Source: Escherichia coli (GTDB taxonomy: Bacteria > Pseudomonadota > Gammaproteobacteria > Enterobacterales > Enterobacteriaceae). Taken from it: DNA of 64,000 bases. Numbering within the stretch: the first letter of the stretch is position 1; every line of letters starts with the position of its first letter. A program made the translations under genes and the position numbers. The DNA lies in NCBI RefSeq assembly GCF_030384885.1, contig NZ_CP128613.1. One strand, written 5' to 3'. Positions 33,484 to 45,554 of this stretch are shown one piece after another. The notes under the pieces were generated by a model that was not told the origin of the DNA, made no database searches, and saw only the letters and a list, made by a program, of their open reading frames with translations.

Positions 33484-34494
33484 ATGAGACGAGAACTTGC
33501 CATCGAATTTTCCCGCGTCACCGAATCTGCGGCGCTGGCTGGCTACAAATGGTTAGGACGCGGCGATAAAAACACCGCGGACGGCGCAGCGGTTAACGCC
33601 ATGCGCATTATGCTCAACCAGGTCAACATTGACGGTACCATCGTCATTGGTGAAGGTGAAATCGACGAAGCACCGATGCTCTACATTGGTGAAAAAGTCG
33701 GTACCGGTCGCGGTGATGCGGTAGATATTGCTGTTGATCCGATTGAAGGCACGCGCATGACGGCGATGGGCCAGGCTAACGCGCTGGCGGTGCTGGCAGT
33801 AGGCGATAAAGGCTGCTTCCTCAACGCGCCAGATATGTATATGGAGAAGCTGATCGTCGGACCGGGAGCCAAAGGCACCATTGATCTGAACCTGCCGCTG
33901 GCGGATAACCTGCGCAATGTTGCGGCGGCGCTCGGCAAACCGTTAAGCGAACTGACGGTAACGATTCTGGCGAAACCACGCCACGATGCCGTTATCGCAG
34001 AAATGCAGCAACTCGGCGTGCGCGTGTTTGCCATTCCGGATGGTGACGTTGCGGCCTCGATTCTCACCTGTATGCCAGACAGCGAAGTTGACGTGCTGTA
34101 TGGCATTGGTGGCGCGCCGGAAGGCGTGGTTTCTGCGGCGGTGATCCGCGCATTAGATGGCGACATGAATGGTCGTCTGCTGGCACGTCATGACGTCAAA
34201 GGCGACAACGAAGAAAATCGCCGCATTGGCGAGCAGGAGCTGGCGCGCTGCAAAGCGATGGGCATCGAAGCGGGTAAAGTGTTGCGTCTGGGCGATATGG
34301 CGCGCAGCGACAACGTCATCTTTTCTGCCACTGGCATCACCAAAGGTGATCTGCTGGAAGGTATTAGCCGCAAAGGCAATATCGCCACCACCGAAACACT
34401 GCTGATCCGCGGTAAATCACGCACCATTCGTCGCATTCAATCCATCCACTATCTGGATCGTAAAGACCCGGAAATGCAGGTGCACATTCTCTGA
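33484..34494 (+). CDS. glpX: fructose-1,6-bisphosphatase class II
   Basis: recognised as GlpX (MRRELAIEFSRVTESAALAGYKWLGRGDKN...); start moved to give 336 aa. Confidence 0.95.
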   Translation: MRRELAIEFSRVTESAALAGYKWLGRGDKNTADGAAVNAMRIMLNQVNIDGTIVIGEGEIDEAPMLYIGEKVGTGRGDAVDIAVDPIEGTRMTAMGQANALAVLAVGDKGCFLNAPDMYMEKLIVGPGAKGTIDLNLPLADNLRNVAAALGKPLSELTVTILAKPRHDAVIAEMQQLGVRVFAIPDGDVAASILTCMPDSEVDVLYGIGGAPEGVVSAAVIRALDGDMNGRLLARHDVKGDNEENRRIGEQELARCKAMGIEAGKVLRLGDMARSDNVIFSATGITKGDLLEGISRKGNIATTETLLIRGKSRTIRRIQSIHYLDRKDPEMQVHIL

Positions 34495-34590
34495 GTGATT
34501 TGATCGATTGAGCCTTCCAGTCCTTCGGGACTGGAATTTTTTTGTTCGGAGAACGAAGATAAGGCAAGTCAATCAAAACAGGAGAAAAAC

Positions 34591-35337
34591 ATGGCTGATT
34601 GGGTAACAGGCAAAGTCACTAAAGTGCAGAACTGGACCGACGCCCTGTTTAGTCTCACCGTTCACGCTCCCGTGCTTCCATTTACTGCCGGGCAATTCAC
34701 CAAACTAGGCCTTGAAATTGACGGCGAACGCGTCCAGCGTGCCTATTCCTACGTTAACTCTCCTGATAATCCCGATCTGGAGTTTTACCTGGTGACCGTC
34801 CCCGATGGCAAATTAAGCCCACGACTGGCGGCACTGAAACCGGGCGATGAAGTGCAGGTGGTTAGCGAAGCAGCTGGCTTCTTTGTGCTGGATGAAGTAC
34901 CAGATTGCGAAACGCTATGGATGCTGGCAACCGGTACAGCGATTGGCCCTTATTTATCAATTCTGCAACTGGGCAAAGATTTAGATCGCTTCAAAAATCT
35001 GGTTCTGGTTCACGCCGCACGTTATGCCGCCGACTTAAGTTATCTGCCACTGATGCAAGAACTGGAAAAACGCTACGAAGGGAAACTGCGCATTCAGACG
35101 GTGGTCAGTCGGGAAACGGCGGCGGGTTCGCTCACCGGGCGAATACCGGCGTTAATTGAAAGTGGTGAACTGGAAAGTGCGGTGGGCTTGCCGATGGATA
35201 AAGAAACCAGCCATGTGATGCTGTGCGGCAATCCACAGATGGTTCGCGATACGCAACAGTTGCTAAAAGAAACCCGGCAGATGACGAAACATTTACGTCG
35301 TCGACCGGGCCATATGACAGCGGAGCATTACTGGTAA
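34591..35337 (+). CDS. fpr: ferredoxin/flavodoxin-NADP+ reductase
   Basis: 248-aa ORF recognised as Fpr. Confidence 0.95.
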   Translation: MADWVTGKVTKVQNWTDALFSLTVHAPVLPFTAGQFTKLGLEIDGERVQRAYSYVNSPDNPDLEFYLVTVPDGKLSPRLAALKPGDEVQVVSEAAGFFVLDEVPDCETLWMLATGTAIGPYLSILQLGKDLDRFKNLVLVHAARYAADLSYLPLMQELEKRYEGKLRIQTVVSRETAAGSLTGRIPALIESGELESAVGLPMDKETSHVMLCGNPQMVRDTQQLLKETRQMTKHLRRRPGHMTAEHYW

Positions 35338-35341
35338 GCGG

Positions 35342-35770
35342 TTACTTATCGATAAACGGCACGATGAGCAGATCCGCTTTCAACTTATTGATCATCCCGC
35401 GGTATGCCGGCATCAAACGGTTGATAAATGAGTGGTGATGACCACAGACAAGGAGGTCGCACTGCTCTTGTTGCATAATATCCAGCAGTGTTTCCGGCAT
35501 TTCCCCACGTTCAATACGCAGTTTTGTCTTCGGCCATTGAATATTTTTCGTCAGTTTATACAGCTTGTTATCCGACTTATTCTTCAACAATTGAAGAATA
35601 TCCTCTGTTGCAGGGAAGTAGATACCCGGATACAACTCGCTTAAGCCATCATCAATATGAATTAACGTCAGGTGAGCGTCATTATGTCTGGCGAGCTCCA
35701 GGGCTTTATTCACCAGTAAGGCATCTTCTTCATTCCCGGAAATTGCCACGCCAATGTGTTTATAAGCCAT
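35342..35770 (-). CDS. uspD: universal stress protein D
   Basis: 142-aa ORF recognised as UspD (YiiT). Confidence 0.9.
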   Translation of the reverse strand: MAYKHIGVAISGNEEDALLVNKALELARHNDAHLTLIHIDDGLSELYPGIYFPATEDILQLLKNKSDNKLYKLTKNIQWPKTKLRIERGEMPETLLDIMQQEQCDLLVCGHHHSFINRLMPAYRGMINKLKADLLIVPFIDK

Positions 35771-35796
35771 GTTTAACTCCTTCTAAAGCAACTCCA

Positions 35797-36096
35797 TCAA
35801 GCTAACGAACGCAGTGATAACTCAAAAATAATCATCTCGGCCTGGCATGAGAAGGTGAAGGCCGCATCAAGTTCAACTTGCCCCTCCAGATCCTTAATCT
35901 TATAGGCCACGCTGGCCCCTTCATCCGCAGAGGATGCAGCGGTGGCAAGCTCTTTCAGTTTAGTCATAAAGGACTCTGCTTCTTCGCGGGTGGCAAAAAA
36001 GCGCGAAAACTTACTGGTACAGTTGTCGTTATCAATCACCGTACCGATATCAATCGCACATCCTTTAGTACTGCATTTATCTACGACATCTTTCAT
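35797..36096 (-). CDS. yiiS: YiiS family protein
   Basis: 99-aa ORF recognised as YiiS; position matches K-12. Confidence 0.85.
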   Translation of the reverse strand: MKDVVDKCSTKGCAIDIGTVIDNDNCTSKFSRFFATREEAESFMTKLKELATAASSADEGASVAYKIKDLEGQVELDAAFTFSCQAEMIIFELSLRSLA

Positions 36097-36307
36097 AGGG
36101 CACCTCTGTATATTCGCCTCTCTGTCGATTACGACTTAAGAATAATGCGCCGTTAAGGGAAGAACAAACAAGTAATGATCTTATGGATTACCATTTTTTT
36201 TGATATTGCTTAAGGTGAAGAGCTCAGAAGGATTTTCCGGGCATTGTCATTTTCAACGTGGAAATAACAAACCCGGAAAAAAATAGCAGTAAGAGATATA
36301 TTAAAGG

Positions 36308-36748
36308 TTAATTACTTGATTTATTGTCGGCTTTATACTTCACATCCTGAGTATCTTTACCATATTTATTTTCGCCTTGTGTGCCAACAAACGCACCAAG
36401 ATCGATAAACATCATCACCAGAATCAACGTCGGGACAAAACGCCCCACCGCCCATTGCCAGACACCAGGTAAAATCGCCCAGTTACCCGCCAGCAGCATC
36501 CACGCCACAATCATCAGAAATGCCCATGCGCCGGAACGCCCGCGATCATGCAAGCGCTTAACGGTTACTGCCGCTGTTGGCCAAAGCAAGCACACAAGGC
36601 AAAACGCCGCGGTCTGAATATCGAGTAAATTTTTACCCGCCAGTGAGAAAAGCACCAGCATGCCTGCGAACCACAGGCCTATCCAAATCCAGAAATCACG
36701 GCGTCCAATACGCCCTTTAAATGAAAATAACCATTGCTGTATGGTCAT
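36308..36748 (-). CDS. yiiR: inner membrane protein YiiR
   Basis: 146-aa ORF with four predicted TM helices; recognised as YiiR. Confidence 0.85.
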   Translation of the reverse strand: MTIQQWLFSFKGRIGRRDFWIWIGLWFAGMLVLFSLAGKNLLDIQTAAFCLVCLLWPTAAVTVKRLHDRGRSGAWAFLMIVAWMLLAGNWAILPGVWQWAVGRFVPTLILVMMFIDLGAFVGTQGENKYGKDTQDVKYKADNKSSN

Positions 36749-36848
36749 GTAAGTTCCTTGATGGTTGTCTTTTCCAGGATTCTACCCTTTTGACAAGGGC
36801 GACAGATATCGTTTTAATCAGAGCCAGTCATAACAAAAGGTACTGTCA

Positions 36849-37448
36849 ATGAAGCCAGGGTGTACGCTGTTTTTTCTCTTATGTTCTGCATTAACCGTTA
36901 CAACAGCGGCGCATGCACAAACACCAGATACGGCAACGACCGCGCCTTATCTGCTGGCTGGAGCCCCTACTTTCGATCTCTCCATCAGCCAGTTTCGAGA
37001 AGACTTTAACAGCCAGAACCCCAGCCTGCCACTGAACGAATTTCGTGCCATCGACAGCAGTCCCGACAAAGCCAATCTCACTCGTGCTGCAAGTAAAATT
37101 AATGAGAACTTGTATGCTTCTACAGCGCTGGAGCGCGGTACCTTAAAAATCAAAAGCATTCAAATGACCTGGCTACCCATCCAGGGGCCAGAGCAAAAAG
37201 CCGCGAAAGCGAAAGCTCAGGAATACATGGCAGCGGTGATCCGCACACTCACCCCATTAATGACCAAAACACAAAGCCAGAAAAAACTGCAGTCGCTACT
37301 AACGGCGGGGAAAAACAAACGTTATTACACCGAGACCGAAGGTGCACTGCGTTATGTTGTCGCGGACAACGGCGAAAAGGGGCTGACCTTCGCTGTTGAA
37401 CCGATTAAGCTGGCGCTATCTGAATCGCTTGAAGGTTTGAATAAATGA
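36849..37448 (+). CDS. yiiQ: periplasmic protein YiiQ
   Basis: 199-aa ORF with signal peptide; recognised as YiiQ. Confidence 0.85.
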   Translation: MKPGCTLFFLLCSALTVTTAAHAQTPDTATTAPYLLAGAPTFDLSISQFREDFNSQNPSLPLNEFRAIDSSPDKANLTRAASKINENLYASTALERGTLKIKSIQMTWLPIQGPEQKAAKAKAQEYMAAVIRTLTPLMTKTQSQKKLQSLLTAGKNKRYYTETEGALRYVVADNGEKGLTFAVEPIKLALSESLEGLNK

Positions 37449-37555
37449 CAAAAAGCAAAGCCTTTGTGCCGATGAATCTCTATACTGTTTCACAGACCTG
37501 CTGCCCTGCGGGGCGGCCATCTTCCTTTATTCGCTTATAAGCGTGGAGAATTAAA

Positions 37556-38323
37556 ATGCGACATCCTTTAGTGATGGGTAACTGGAAACTGAACGGCAGC
37601 CGCCACATGGTTCACGAGCTGGTTTCTAACCTGCGTAAAGAGCTGGCAGGTGTTGCTGGCTGTGCGGTTGCAATCGCACCACCGGAAATGTACATCGATA
37701 TGGCGAAGCGCGAAGCTGAAGGCAGCCACATCATGCTGGGTGCGCAAAACGTGGACCTGAACCTGTCCGGCGCATTCACCGGTGAAACCTCTGCTGCTAT
37801 GCTGAAAGACATCGGCGCACAGTACATCATCATCGGCCACTCTGAACGTCGTACTTACCACAAAGAGTCTGACGAACTGATCGCGAAAAAATTCGCGGTG
37901 CTGAAAGAGCAGGGTCTGACTCCGGTTCTGTGCATCGGTGAAACCGAAGCTGAAAACGAAGCGGGCAAAACTGAAGAAGTTTGTGCACGTCAGATCGACG
38001 CGGTACTGAAAACTCAGGGTGCTGCAGCATTCGAAGGTGCGGTAATCGCTTACGAACCAGTATGGGCAATCGGTACTGGCAAATCGGCAACTCCGGCGCA
38101 GGCACAGGCTGTTCACAAGTTCATCCGTGACCACATCGCTAAAGTTGACGCTAACATCGCTGAACAAGTGATCATCCAGTACGGCGGCTCTGTAAACGCG
38201 TCTAACGCTGCAGAACTGTTTGCTCAGCCAGACATCGACGGCGCGCTGGTTGGCGGTGCTTCTCTGAAAGCTGACGCTTTCGCAGTGATCGTTAAAGCTG
38301 CAGAAGCGGCTAAACAGGCTTAA
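37556..38323 (+). CDS. tpiA: triosephosphate isomerase
   Basis: 255-aa ORF recognised as TpiA (active-site [15 protein letters not shown]). Confidence 0.97.
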
Positions 38324-38365
38324 GTCTGACAGGTGCCGGATTTCACATCCGGCACTTAACTCGCC

Positions 38366-39121
38366 TCAACGCAAAATCTCACATTGATGATCCTGGATTT
38401 CCTCGGCTGAAGCACGGTTCAGCGTCAGTAGATTTCGTTGTGTCGCCAGCAACACAAACGAATTATCACTCTGCCGCACCATCGCCAGCCCGTAGCTTCC
38501 CATATGTTCCCGCGCCTCAGGCACTTCTTCTGCAAGCATCATAAATGGGCTGCGTTGTACCAGTTCGCTTTCCGTTACCCGACGCGCCAGATATTCATGC
38601 CCGCGCAAGCCACCTGGCAGCGGCAACCAGCGACTGCTGATGTTCGCCAGATTGTTATCCAGCTGTTCGCGCACATCAGGGCGAATACAAGAGATATGAA
38701 TATGAAAATGGTTTTGCGTACGTCCGGTGCGGGAGTTAATCGCTAAAGAAACCGCGCGATCGGGAACCGGCTGGCCGTATTTTTTGCTCATAAAATCACG
38801 CGCCTGCCAGGCCAACCAAAAGAAGTTCGGCGTTGAAGGATCGGTCAACAAAGGACTTTCAGTACCGTTAATACGATACGTTGGCATCAACAGATATTGC
38901 AGTGGGCCATTAAGATCTTTTAAAACCACGTATCCGGCATTAGGTTTGACTTCCGCACATGGCGAAGGATTTTGATTTTGCTGCTGATTGGGCAAACATT
39001 CCTCAAGGACAATCTTACGTAATGTATCCGACTCTTCACCGGTTAATTTCCAGTAACCAATACCGGCAGCCACAACGGCGATAACTATCATCACCAAAAA
39101 AAGAAGACCCGCTTTTTTCAT
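38366..39121 (-). CDS. cdh: CDP-diacylglycerol pyrophosphatase
   Basis: recognised as Cdh ([20 protein letters not shown]...); start moved to give 251 aa. Confidence 0.9.
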   Translation of the reverse strand: MKKAGLLFLVMIVIAVVAAGIGYWKLTGEESDTLRKIVLEECLPNQQQNQNPSPCAEVKPNAGYVVLKDLNGPLQYLLMPTYRINGTESPLLTDPSTPNFFWLAWQARDFMSKKYGQPVPDRAVSLAINSRTGRTQNHFHIHISCIRPDVREQLDNNLANISSRWLPLPGGLRGHEYLARRVTESELVQRSPFMMLAEEVPEAREHMGSYGLAMVRQSDNSFVLLATQRNLLTLNRASAEEIQDHQCEILR

Positions 39122-39227
39122 CTTTTTTTCCCTGTACCTCAAAGAGATGCAAGGGTAACGCAAAATCGTGACAAATAAAAAACCCGGTCGCGAGAAACCA
39201 CCGGGTTTGATAATTATCCTGGGGAAA

Positions 39228-40217
39228 TCAGCGTTTGCTGATCTGATCGAACGTACCGCCGTTAGCAAAATGCTCTTTTTGCGCTTTCGTCCAGCCGCCG
39301 AACTCTTCATCAATGGTGAATAACTTCAATTTTGGAAACGCATTTTCGTACTTTTTCGCTACCTCAGCGTCGCGCGGACGGTAGTAGTTTTTCGCGGCAA
39401 TTTCCTGACCTTCTGGCGAGTAGAGATATTTCAGGTAGGCTTCCGCCACCTCTTTAGTACCTTTTTTCTCAACCACTTTATCGACCACCGACACGGTTGG
39501 CTCTGCGAGGATAGACTCACTCGGCGTGACGATTTCGAATTTATCTTTCCCCAGTTCATTCGCTGCCAGCAGAGCTTCGTTTTCCCAAGCAATCAGTACA
39601 TCGCCAATTCCGCGCTCGACAAAAGTGTTAGTGGAGCCGCGCGCGCCAGAATCCAGAACTTCGACGTTTTTATACAGTGCCCGAACAAAATCCTGCGCTT
39701 TTGCCTGATCGTTGTTGTTGTGGTGCAGCGCGTAGCCCCAGGCAGCCAGGTAGTTCCAGCGCGCGCCACCAGAGCTTTTCGGATTAGGCGTGATCACCGA
39801 AACACCCGGTTTAATCAGATCGTTCCAGTCATGGATCTGCTTCGGATTGCCCTTACGTACCAGGAAAACAATGGTGGAAGTGTACGGTGCGGAGTTATCC
39901 GGCAGACGTTTGATCCACTCTTTATCAATCCGCCCGCGTTCCGCAATTGCGTCCACGTCATAGGCCAGAGCCAGAGTGACAACATCAGCTTCAATACCAT
40001 TGATTACCGACGTCGCTTGTTTGCCTGAACCACCGTGTGACTGACGAATCACCACGTTATCGCCAGTTTGCTGTTTCCAGTGGGCGCTGAATGCCTTGTT
40101 GTACTGTTCGTACAATTCGCGCGTTGGATCATATGAAACGTTAAGAAGCTGAATATCCTTTGCCATAACGCTGGTTGCCGCCAGCAAAAATGTTAACCCT
40201 ACGCCCCACTTGTTCAT
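39228..40217 (-). CDS. sbp: sulfate-binding periplasmic protein
   Basis: 329-aa ORF with signal peptide; recognised as Sbp. Confidence 0.95.
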
Positions 40218-40382
40218 CGCCCGACTCTCTTATGTTGTGTTGTGATGAGCAAAGCGTGCCAGAAGGTTAACCAAACATTAAAGAATAAAAAAAGATTGGC
40301 TATAACTTGCGGGTATATGTTGGGGGATTAAAAAGGCGGAAGAAATCCGCCTCATATTGCTGACAAAGTGCGCTTTGTCCAT

Positions 40383-40481
40383 GCCATATGCGGCGCGAAC
40401 GCCTTACACGGCCTACAAAAGTTTGCAAATTCAATAAATTGCAGAATTCATGTAGGCCTGATAAGCGAAGCGCATCAGGCA
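40383..40481. repeat. REP/BIME element between sbp and pfkA
   Basis: GCCATATGCGGCGCGAACGCCTTACACGGCCTAC and TGTAGGCCTGATAAGCGAAGCGCATCAGGCA. Confidence 0.75.
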
Positions 40482-40536
40482 TTTTTGCTTCTGTCATCGG
40501 TTTCAGGCTAAAGGAATCTGCCTTTTTCCGAAATCA

Positions 40537-41499
40537 TTAATACAGTTTTTTCGCGCAGTCCAGCCAGTCGCCTTTGAACGGACGCTTCATGTTTTCGATA
40601 GCGTCGATGATGTCGTGGTGAACCAGCTGTTCGTTCTGGATACCTACACAACGACCGCCGTAACCTGCCAGCAGCAGTTCAATGGCGTAAGCACCCATAC
40701 GGGAAGCCAGAATACGGTCGTAAGGCACCGGAGAACCACCACGCTGAATGTGGCCCAACACAGTTGCACGGGTTTCACGACCAGTTTCTTTCTCGATGAA
40801 ATGCGCCAGTTCGTCAACATCACACATGTGTTCAGTAATCGCCACGATCGCGTGTTTTTTACCTTTCGCGATACCCGCTTTGATTTCGTTTACCAGGTCT
40901 TCACGGCTGAATTCAACTTCCGGAACTACAACGAATTCACAGCCACCGGCAATGGCCGCAGCCAGGGTCAGATCGCCACAATAACGACCCATCACTTCCA
41001 CCACGGAAATACGCTGGTGAGAAGAAGAGGTGTCACGCAGACGGTCGATCGCTTCTACAACGGTGCTCAGCGCAGTGAAGAAACCGATAGTGTAGTCAGT
41101 GCCTTTGATGTCGTTGTCGATAGTGCCCGGCAGGCCGATGCACGGGAAGCCCATTTCGGTCAGACGCATTGCACCCATGTAGGAACCGTCACCGCCGATA
41201 ACCACCAGCGCGTCGATACCACGTTTTTTCAGGTTTTCGATAGCCACAGCGCGGATGTTCTCGTCGCGGAATTCCGGGAAGCGTGCAGAACCGAGGAACG
41301 TACCGCCACGGTTAATCATGTCAGATACGCTGTAACGGTCTAGCTGTACCATACGGTCTTCATACAGACCCAGATAGCCGTCATAAATACCCATTACTTC
41401 CAGACCTTCTGTCAGCGCAGAACGAACAACCCCGCGAATTGCGGCGTTCATGCCTGGCGCATCACCGCCGCTTGTCAACACACCGATTTTCTTAATCAT
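40537..41499 (-). CDS. pfkA: ATP-dependent 6-phosphofructokinase I
   Basis: recognised as PfkA ([23 protein letters not shown]...); start moved to give 320 aa. Confidence 0.97.
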   Translation of the reverse strand: MIKKIGVLTSGGDAPGMNAAIRGVVRSALTEGLEVMGIYDGYLGLYEDRMVQLDRYSVSDMINRGGTFLGSARFPEFRDENIRAVAIENLKKRGIDALVVIGGDGSYMGAMRLTEMGFPCIGLPGTIDNDIKGTDYTIGFFTALSTVVEAIDRLRDTSSSHQRISVVEVMGRYCGDLTLAAAIAGGCEFVVVPEVEFSREDLVNEIKAGIAKGKKHAIVAITEHMCDVDELAHFIEKETGRETRATVLGHIQRGGSPVPYDRILASRMGAYAIELLLAGYGGRCVGIQNEQLVHHDIIDAIENMKRPFKGDWLDCAKKLY

Positions 41500-41679
41500 G
41501 ACTACCTCTGAACTTTGGAATGCAAAATGAAATCTGTTGCCGGAAGTCTTCTTGCACATCGAAGTGATCCAACGAATGTGCAAATAGTATAACAATCACT
41601 TCCTGCTGAATTGATTCAGGTCAGGCCAAATGGCGGTATTTTATACACAAAATGCGGGTCTGGCTCTCTTTTATACTGA

Positions 41680-42582
41680 TTATGAAAGCATAGACCGTTT
41701 ACCCTCCCTGGGTACGACGGAACAGGGGTCCTGATGGATAATCACATCCGATCCCGGAAAACGCCGTAAAATAGCCTGCTCTACCTGATCCGCCACCATA
41801 TGTGCCTGAACCAAAGGCAGAGAGTCTTCCATTTCCAAATGAATCTGAATAAAGCGGGTCGGCCCTGACTGCCGCGTGCGAAGATCGTGAGCGCCGCTAA
41901 CACCCGGCCAGGAAGTCACGATATCAATAATTTCTTGCCGTTCCTCATCAGGTAATGCGCGATCCAGTAATGACTGTACCGCCTCATATCCCATGCGTAA
42001 CGCGCTATATAAAATATAGATGCCGATTCCCAATGCAAACAGAGCATCGGCGCGATGCCAGCCGTACCAGGACAACCCCAGCGCCAGCAGAATTGCGCCG
42101 TTCATCATAACATCAGACTGGTAATGTAGCATATCAGCCCGCACCGCCTGGCTTTGCGTCCGGCGCACCACCCACCGCTGAAATGAGACAAGGATAATCG
42201 TACAAATTAGCGCCACAATTGTTACGATAACCCCGACGCCTGGATCTGTCATCGGTGTTGGAGATACCAGATGTTGAATACCCGTCAAAAACAGGAATAG
42301 TGCCGAACCGGAGATAAACATACTTTGCGCCAGCGCCGCGAGGGACTCAGCTTTACCGTGACCAAACGAGTGATTATCGTCGGCAGGTTGCAGGGAATAT
42401 CGCACCACCAGTAAATTCGTCAACGACGCGCCGATATCCACCAGCGAATCCACCAGCGCGGCGAGAATACTCACCGACCCGGTATACCACCATGCAAAAA
42501 TTTTAATCAGCAATAGCAGCGAAGCCATCGCCGTTGCAGCAATCGCCGCCCGACTGACCAGCCGTCCATAAGATTGATTCAT
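41680..42582 (-). CDS. fieF: cation diffusion facilitator family ferrous-iron/zinc efflux pump FieF
   Basis: recognised as FieF (YiiP); start moved to MNQSYGR. Confidence 0.9.
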   Translation of the reverse strand: MNQSYGRLVSRAAIAATAMASLLLLIKIFAWWYTGSVSILAALVDSLVDIGASLTNLLVVRYSLQPADDNHSFGHGKAESLAALAQSMFISGSALFLFLTGIQHLVSPTPMTDPGVGVIVTIVALICTIILVSFQRWVVRRTQSQAVRADMLHYQSDVMMNGAILLALGLSWYGWHRADALFALGIGIYILYSALRMGYEAVQSLLDRALPDEERQEIIDIVTSWPGVSGAHDLRTRQSGPTRFIQIHLEMEDSLPLVQAHMVADQVEQAILRRFPGSDVIIHQDPCSVVPREGKRSMLS

Positions 42583-42663
42583 AAATACTCCCGCTATCAA
42601 CTGACGGTAGTATAACGGAAGCAAATCATCTGCAATGCATTAAGCAGTAGGCAAATTGAGGAT

Positions 42664-42727
42664 AAAAAAAACCCCCACATCATGTGGGGGAAGACAGGGA
42701 TGGTGTCTATGGCAAGGAAAACAGGGT
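42664..42727 (-). ncRNA. cpxQ: CpxQ small RNA (processed 3' UTR of cpxP mRNA)
   Basis: segment after the cpxP stop ends in the terminator hairpin CCCCCACATGATGTGGGGG plus U-run; matches my recollection of CpxQ. Confidence 0.55.
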
Positions 42728-42730
42728 TTA

Positions 42731-43231
42731 CTACTGGGAACGTGAGTTGCTACTACTCAATAGCTTCAACGATGAACTTTTTTGCCATTGCGTCACGTCG
42801 CGCAACTGCTCCATTCGTTGTTGATGTTTCTCGTTTAAAACCGCTTGCTGCTCCGGCGTTAACAGGCGATACATTTGGTTGCGGACTTTTGCCATCTCAA
42901 CCTGACGAGCAATTTGCTCATTCGCCATTTTTTCTGCCTGTGCGCGCACAGCGTTTTCATCAAAATTTTCTGCGGTGACAAGGCGATGCATTGTCTCCAG
43001 TTCGCTAACATTAACAGGCGGCTGTTCGTGCCGGGCCTGTTGCATAAGATCTCGCATCTGCTGACGCTGATGTTCGGTTAAACTTATGCCGTCGAACATA
43101 TGGCTCTGCGTACTGCGCTGCGTAAGTTCTTCACCCGGATGCCAGTTATCGCCTGAACCGACTTCAGCAGCGTGGCTTAATGAACTGACTGCCAGCGTTG
43201 AGGCCATGACGGCAGCGGTAACTATGCGCAT
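42731..43231 (-). CDS. cpxP: periplasmic stress adaptor CpxP
   Basis: recognised as CpxP with signal peptide; start moved to second Met. Confidence 0.9.
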
Positions 43232-43310
43232 CATTTGCTCCCAAAATCTTTCTGTCGCGATTCAACGATAGAGAGTTTACGATTCAGGCTGCAAACATGC
43301 GTCAGGGGGT

Positions 43311-43325
43311 GTAAAACAACGTAAA
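43311..43325. promoter_or_regulatory. CpxR box (GTAAA-N5-GTAAA) in the cpxP / cpxRA divergent control region
   Basis: GTAAAACAACGTAAAG between cpxP and cpxR. Confidence 0.65.
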
Positions 43326-43380
43326 GTCATGGATTAGCGACGTCTGATGACGTAATTTCTGCCTCGGAGGTATTTAAACA

Positions 43381-44079
43381 ATGAATAAAATCCTGTTAGT
43401 TGATGATGACCGAGAGCTGACTTCCCTGTTAAAGGAGCTGCTCGAGATGGAAGGCTTCAACGTGATTGTTGCCCACGATGGGGAGCAGGCGCTTGATCTT
43501 CTGGACGACAGCATTGATTTACTTTTGCTTGATGTCATGATGCCGAAGAAAAATGGTATCGACACATTAAAAGCACTTCGCCAGACACACCAGACGCCTG
43601 TCATTATGTTGACGGCGCGCGGCAGTGAACTTGATCGCGTTCTCGGCCTTGAGCTGGGCGCAGATGACTATCTCCCGAAACCGTTTAATGATCGTGAGCT
43701 GGTGGCACGTATTCGCGCGATCCTGCGCCGTTCGCACTGGAGCGAGCAACAGCAAAACAACGACAACGGTTCACCGACACTGGAAGTTGATGCCTTAGTG
43801 CTGAATCCAGGCCGTCAGGAAGCCAGCTTCGACGGGCAAACGCTGGAGTTAACCGGCACTGAGTTTACCCTGCTCTATTTGCTGGCACAGCATCTGGGTC
43901 AGGTGGTTTCCCGTGAGCATTTAAGCCAGGAAGTGCTGGGCAAACGCCTGACGCCTTTCGACCGCGCTATCGATATGCACATTTCCAACCTGCGTCGTAA
44001 ACTGCCGGATCGTAAAGATGGTCACCCGTGGTTTAAAACCTTGCGTGGTCGCGGCTATCTGATGGTTTCTGCTTCATGA
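43381..44079 (+). CDS. cpxR: two-component response regulator CpxR (OmpR family)
   Basis: 232-aa ORF recognised as CpxR. Confidence 0.97.
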   Translation: MNKILLVDDDRELTSLLKELLEMEGFNVIVAHDGEQALDLLDDSIDLLLLDVMMPKKNGIDTLKALRQTHQTPVIMLTARGSELDRVLGLELGADDYLPKPFNDRELVARIRAILRRSHWSEQQQNNDNGSPTLEVDALVLNPGRQEASFDGQTLELTGTEFTLLYLLAQHLGQVVSREHLSQEVLGKRLTPFDRAIDMHISNLRRKLPDRKDGHPWFKTLRGRGYLMVSAS

Positions 44080-45449
44080 TAGGCAGCTTAACCGCGCGCA
44101 TCTTCGCCATCTTCTGGCTGACGCTGGCGCTGGTGTTGATGTTGGTTTTGATGTTACCCAAGCTCGATTCACGCCAGATGACCGAGCTTCTGGATAGCGA
44201 ACAGCGTCAGGGGCTGATGATTGAGCAGCATGTCGAAGCGGAACTGGCGAACGATCCGCCCAACGATTTAATGTGGTGGCGGCGTCTGTTCCGGGCGATT
44301 GATAAGTGGGCACCGCCAGGACAGCGTTTGTTATTGGTGACCACCGAGGGCCGCGTGATCGGCGCTGAACGCAGCGAAATGCAGATCATTCGTAACTTTA
44401 TTGGTCAGGCCGATAACGCCGATCATCCGCAGAAGAAAAAGTATGGCCGCGTGGAACTGGTCGGTCCGTTCTCAGTGCGTGATGGCGAAGATAATTACCA
44501 ACTTTATCTGATTCGTCCGGCCAGCAGTTCTCAATCCGATTTCATTAACTTACTGTTTGACCGCCCGCTATTACTGCTGATTGTCACCATGCTGGTCAGT
44601 ACGCCGCTGCTGTTGTGGTTGGCCTGGAGTCTGGCAAAACCGGCGCGTAAGCTGAAAAACGCGGCCGATGAAGTTGCCCAGGGAAACTTACGCCAGCACC
44701 CGGAACTTGAAGCGGGGCCACAGGAATTCCTTGCCGCTGGTGCCAGTTTTAACCAGATGGTCACCGCACTGGAACGTATGATGACCTCCCAGCAGCGCCT
44801 GCTTTCTGATATCTCTCACGAACTGCGCACGCCACTGACGCGCCTGCAACTGGGTACGGCGTTATTGCGCCGTCGTAGTGGTGAAAGCAAGGAACTGGAG
44901 CGTATTGAAACCGAAGCCCAGCGTCTGGACAGCATGATCAACGACCTGTTGGTGATGTCACGTAATCAGCAGAAAAACGCGCTGGTGAGCGAGACATTGA
45001 AAGCTAACCAGTTGTGGGGTGAAGTGCTGGATAACGCGGCGTTCGAAGCGGAACAAATGGGCAAGTCGTTTACGGTTAACTTCCCGCCTGGGCCGTGGCC
45101 TCTGTATGGCAACCCGAACGCTCTGGAAAGTGCGCTGGAAAACATTGTTCGTAATGCTCTGCGTTATTCCCATACGAAGATTGAGGTGGGCTTTGCGGTA
45201 GATAAAGATGGTATCACCATTACGGTGGACGACGATGGTCCTGGCGTTAGCCCGGAAGATCGCGAGCAGATTTTCCGTCCGTTCTATCGCACCGATGAAG
45301 CGCGCGATCGTGAATCTGGCGGTACAGGTCTTGGGCTGGCGATTGTCGAAACCGCCATCCAGCAGCATCGTGGCTGGGTTAAAGCGGAAGACAGCCCGCT
45401 GGGTGGTTTACGACTGGTGATTTGGCTGCCGCTGTATAAGCGGAGTTAA
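44076..45449 (+). CDS. cpxA: envelope-stress sensor histidine kinase CpxA
   Basis: 457-aa ORF recognised as CpxA (H-box SHELRTPLT; ATPase G-boxes); 4-bp overlap with cpxR. Confidence 0.97.
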   Translation: MIGSLTARIFAIFWLTLALVLMLVLMLPKLDSRQMTELLDSEQRQGLMIEQHVEAELANDPPNDLMWWRRLFRAIDKWAPPGQRLLLVTTEGRVIGAERSEMQIIRNFIGQADNADHPQKKKYGRVELVGPFSVRDGEDNYQLYLIRPASSSQSDFINLLFDRPLLLLIVTMLVSTPLLLWLAWSLAKPARKLKNAADEVAQGNLRQHPELEAGPQEFLAAGASFNQMVTALERMMTSQQRLLSDISHELRTPLTRLQLGTALLRRRSGESKELERIETEAQRLDSMINDLLVMSRNQQKNALVSETLKANQLWGEVLDNAAFEAEQMGKSFTVNFPPGPWPLYGNPNALESALENIVRNALRYSHTKIEVGFAVDKDGITITVDDDGPGVSPEDREQIFRPFYRTDEARDRESGGTGLGLAIVETAIQQHRGWVKAEDSPLGGLRLVIWLPLYKRS

Positions 45450-45459
45450 ACTCCGCATT

Positions 45460-45544
<85 letters not shown>

Positions 45545-45554
45545 TCTCCGGGGG

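Noticed and set aside
37568-38167. 199-aa ORF antisense to tpiA
   Set aside because: Lies within tpiA on the opposite strand with no supporting signal; treated as spurious.
40615-41343. 242-aa ORF antisense to pfkA
   Set aside because: Same reasoning: antisense to a highly conserved gene, no supporting features.
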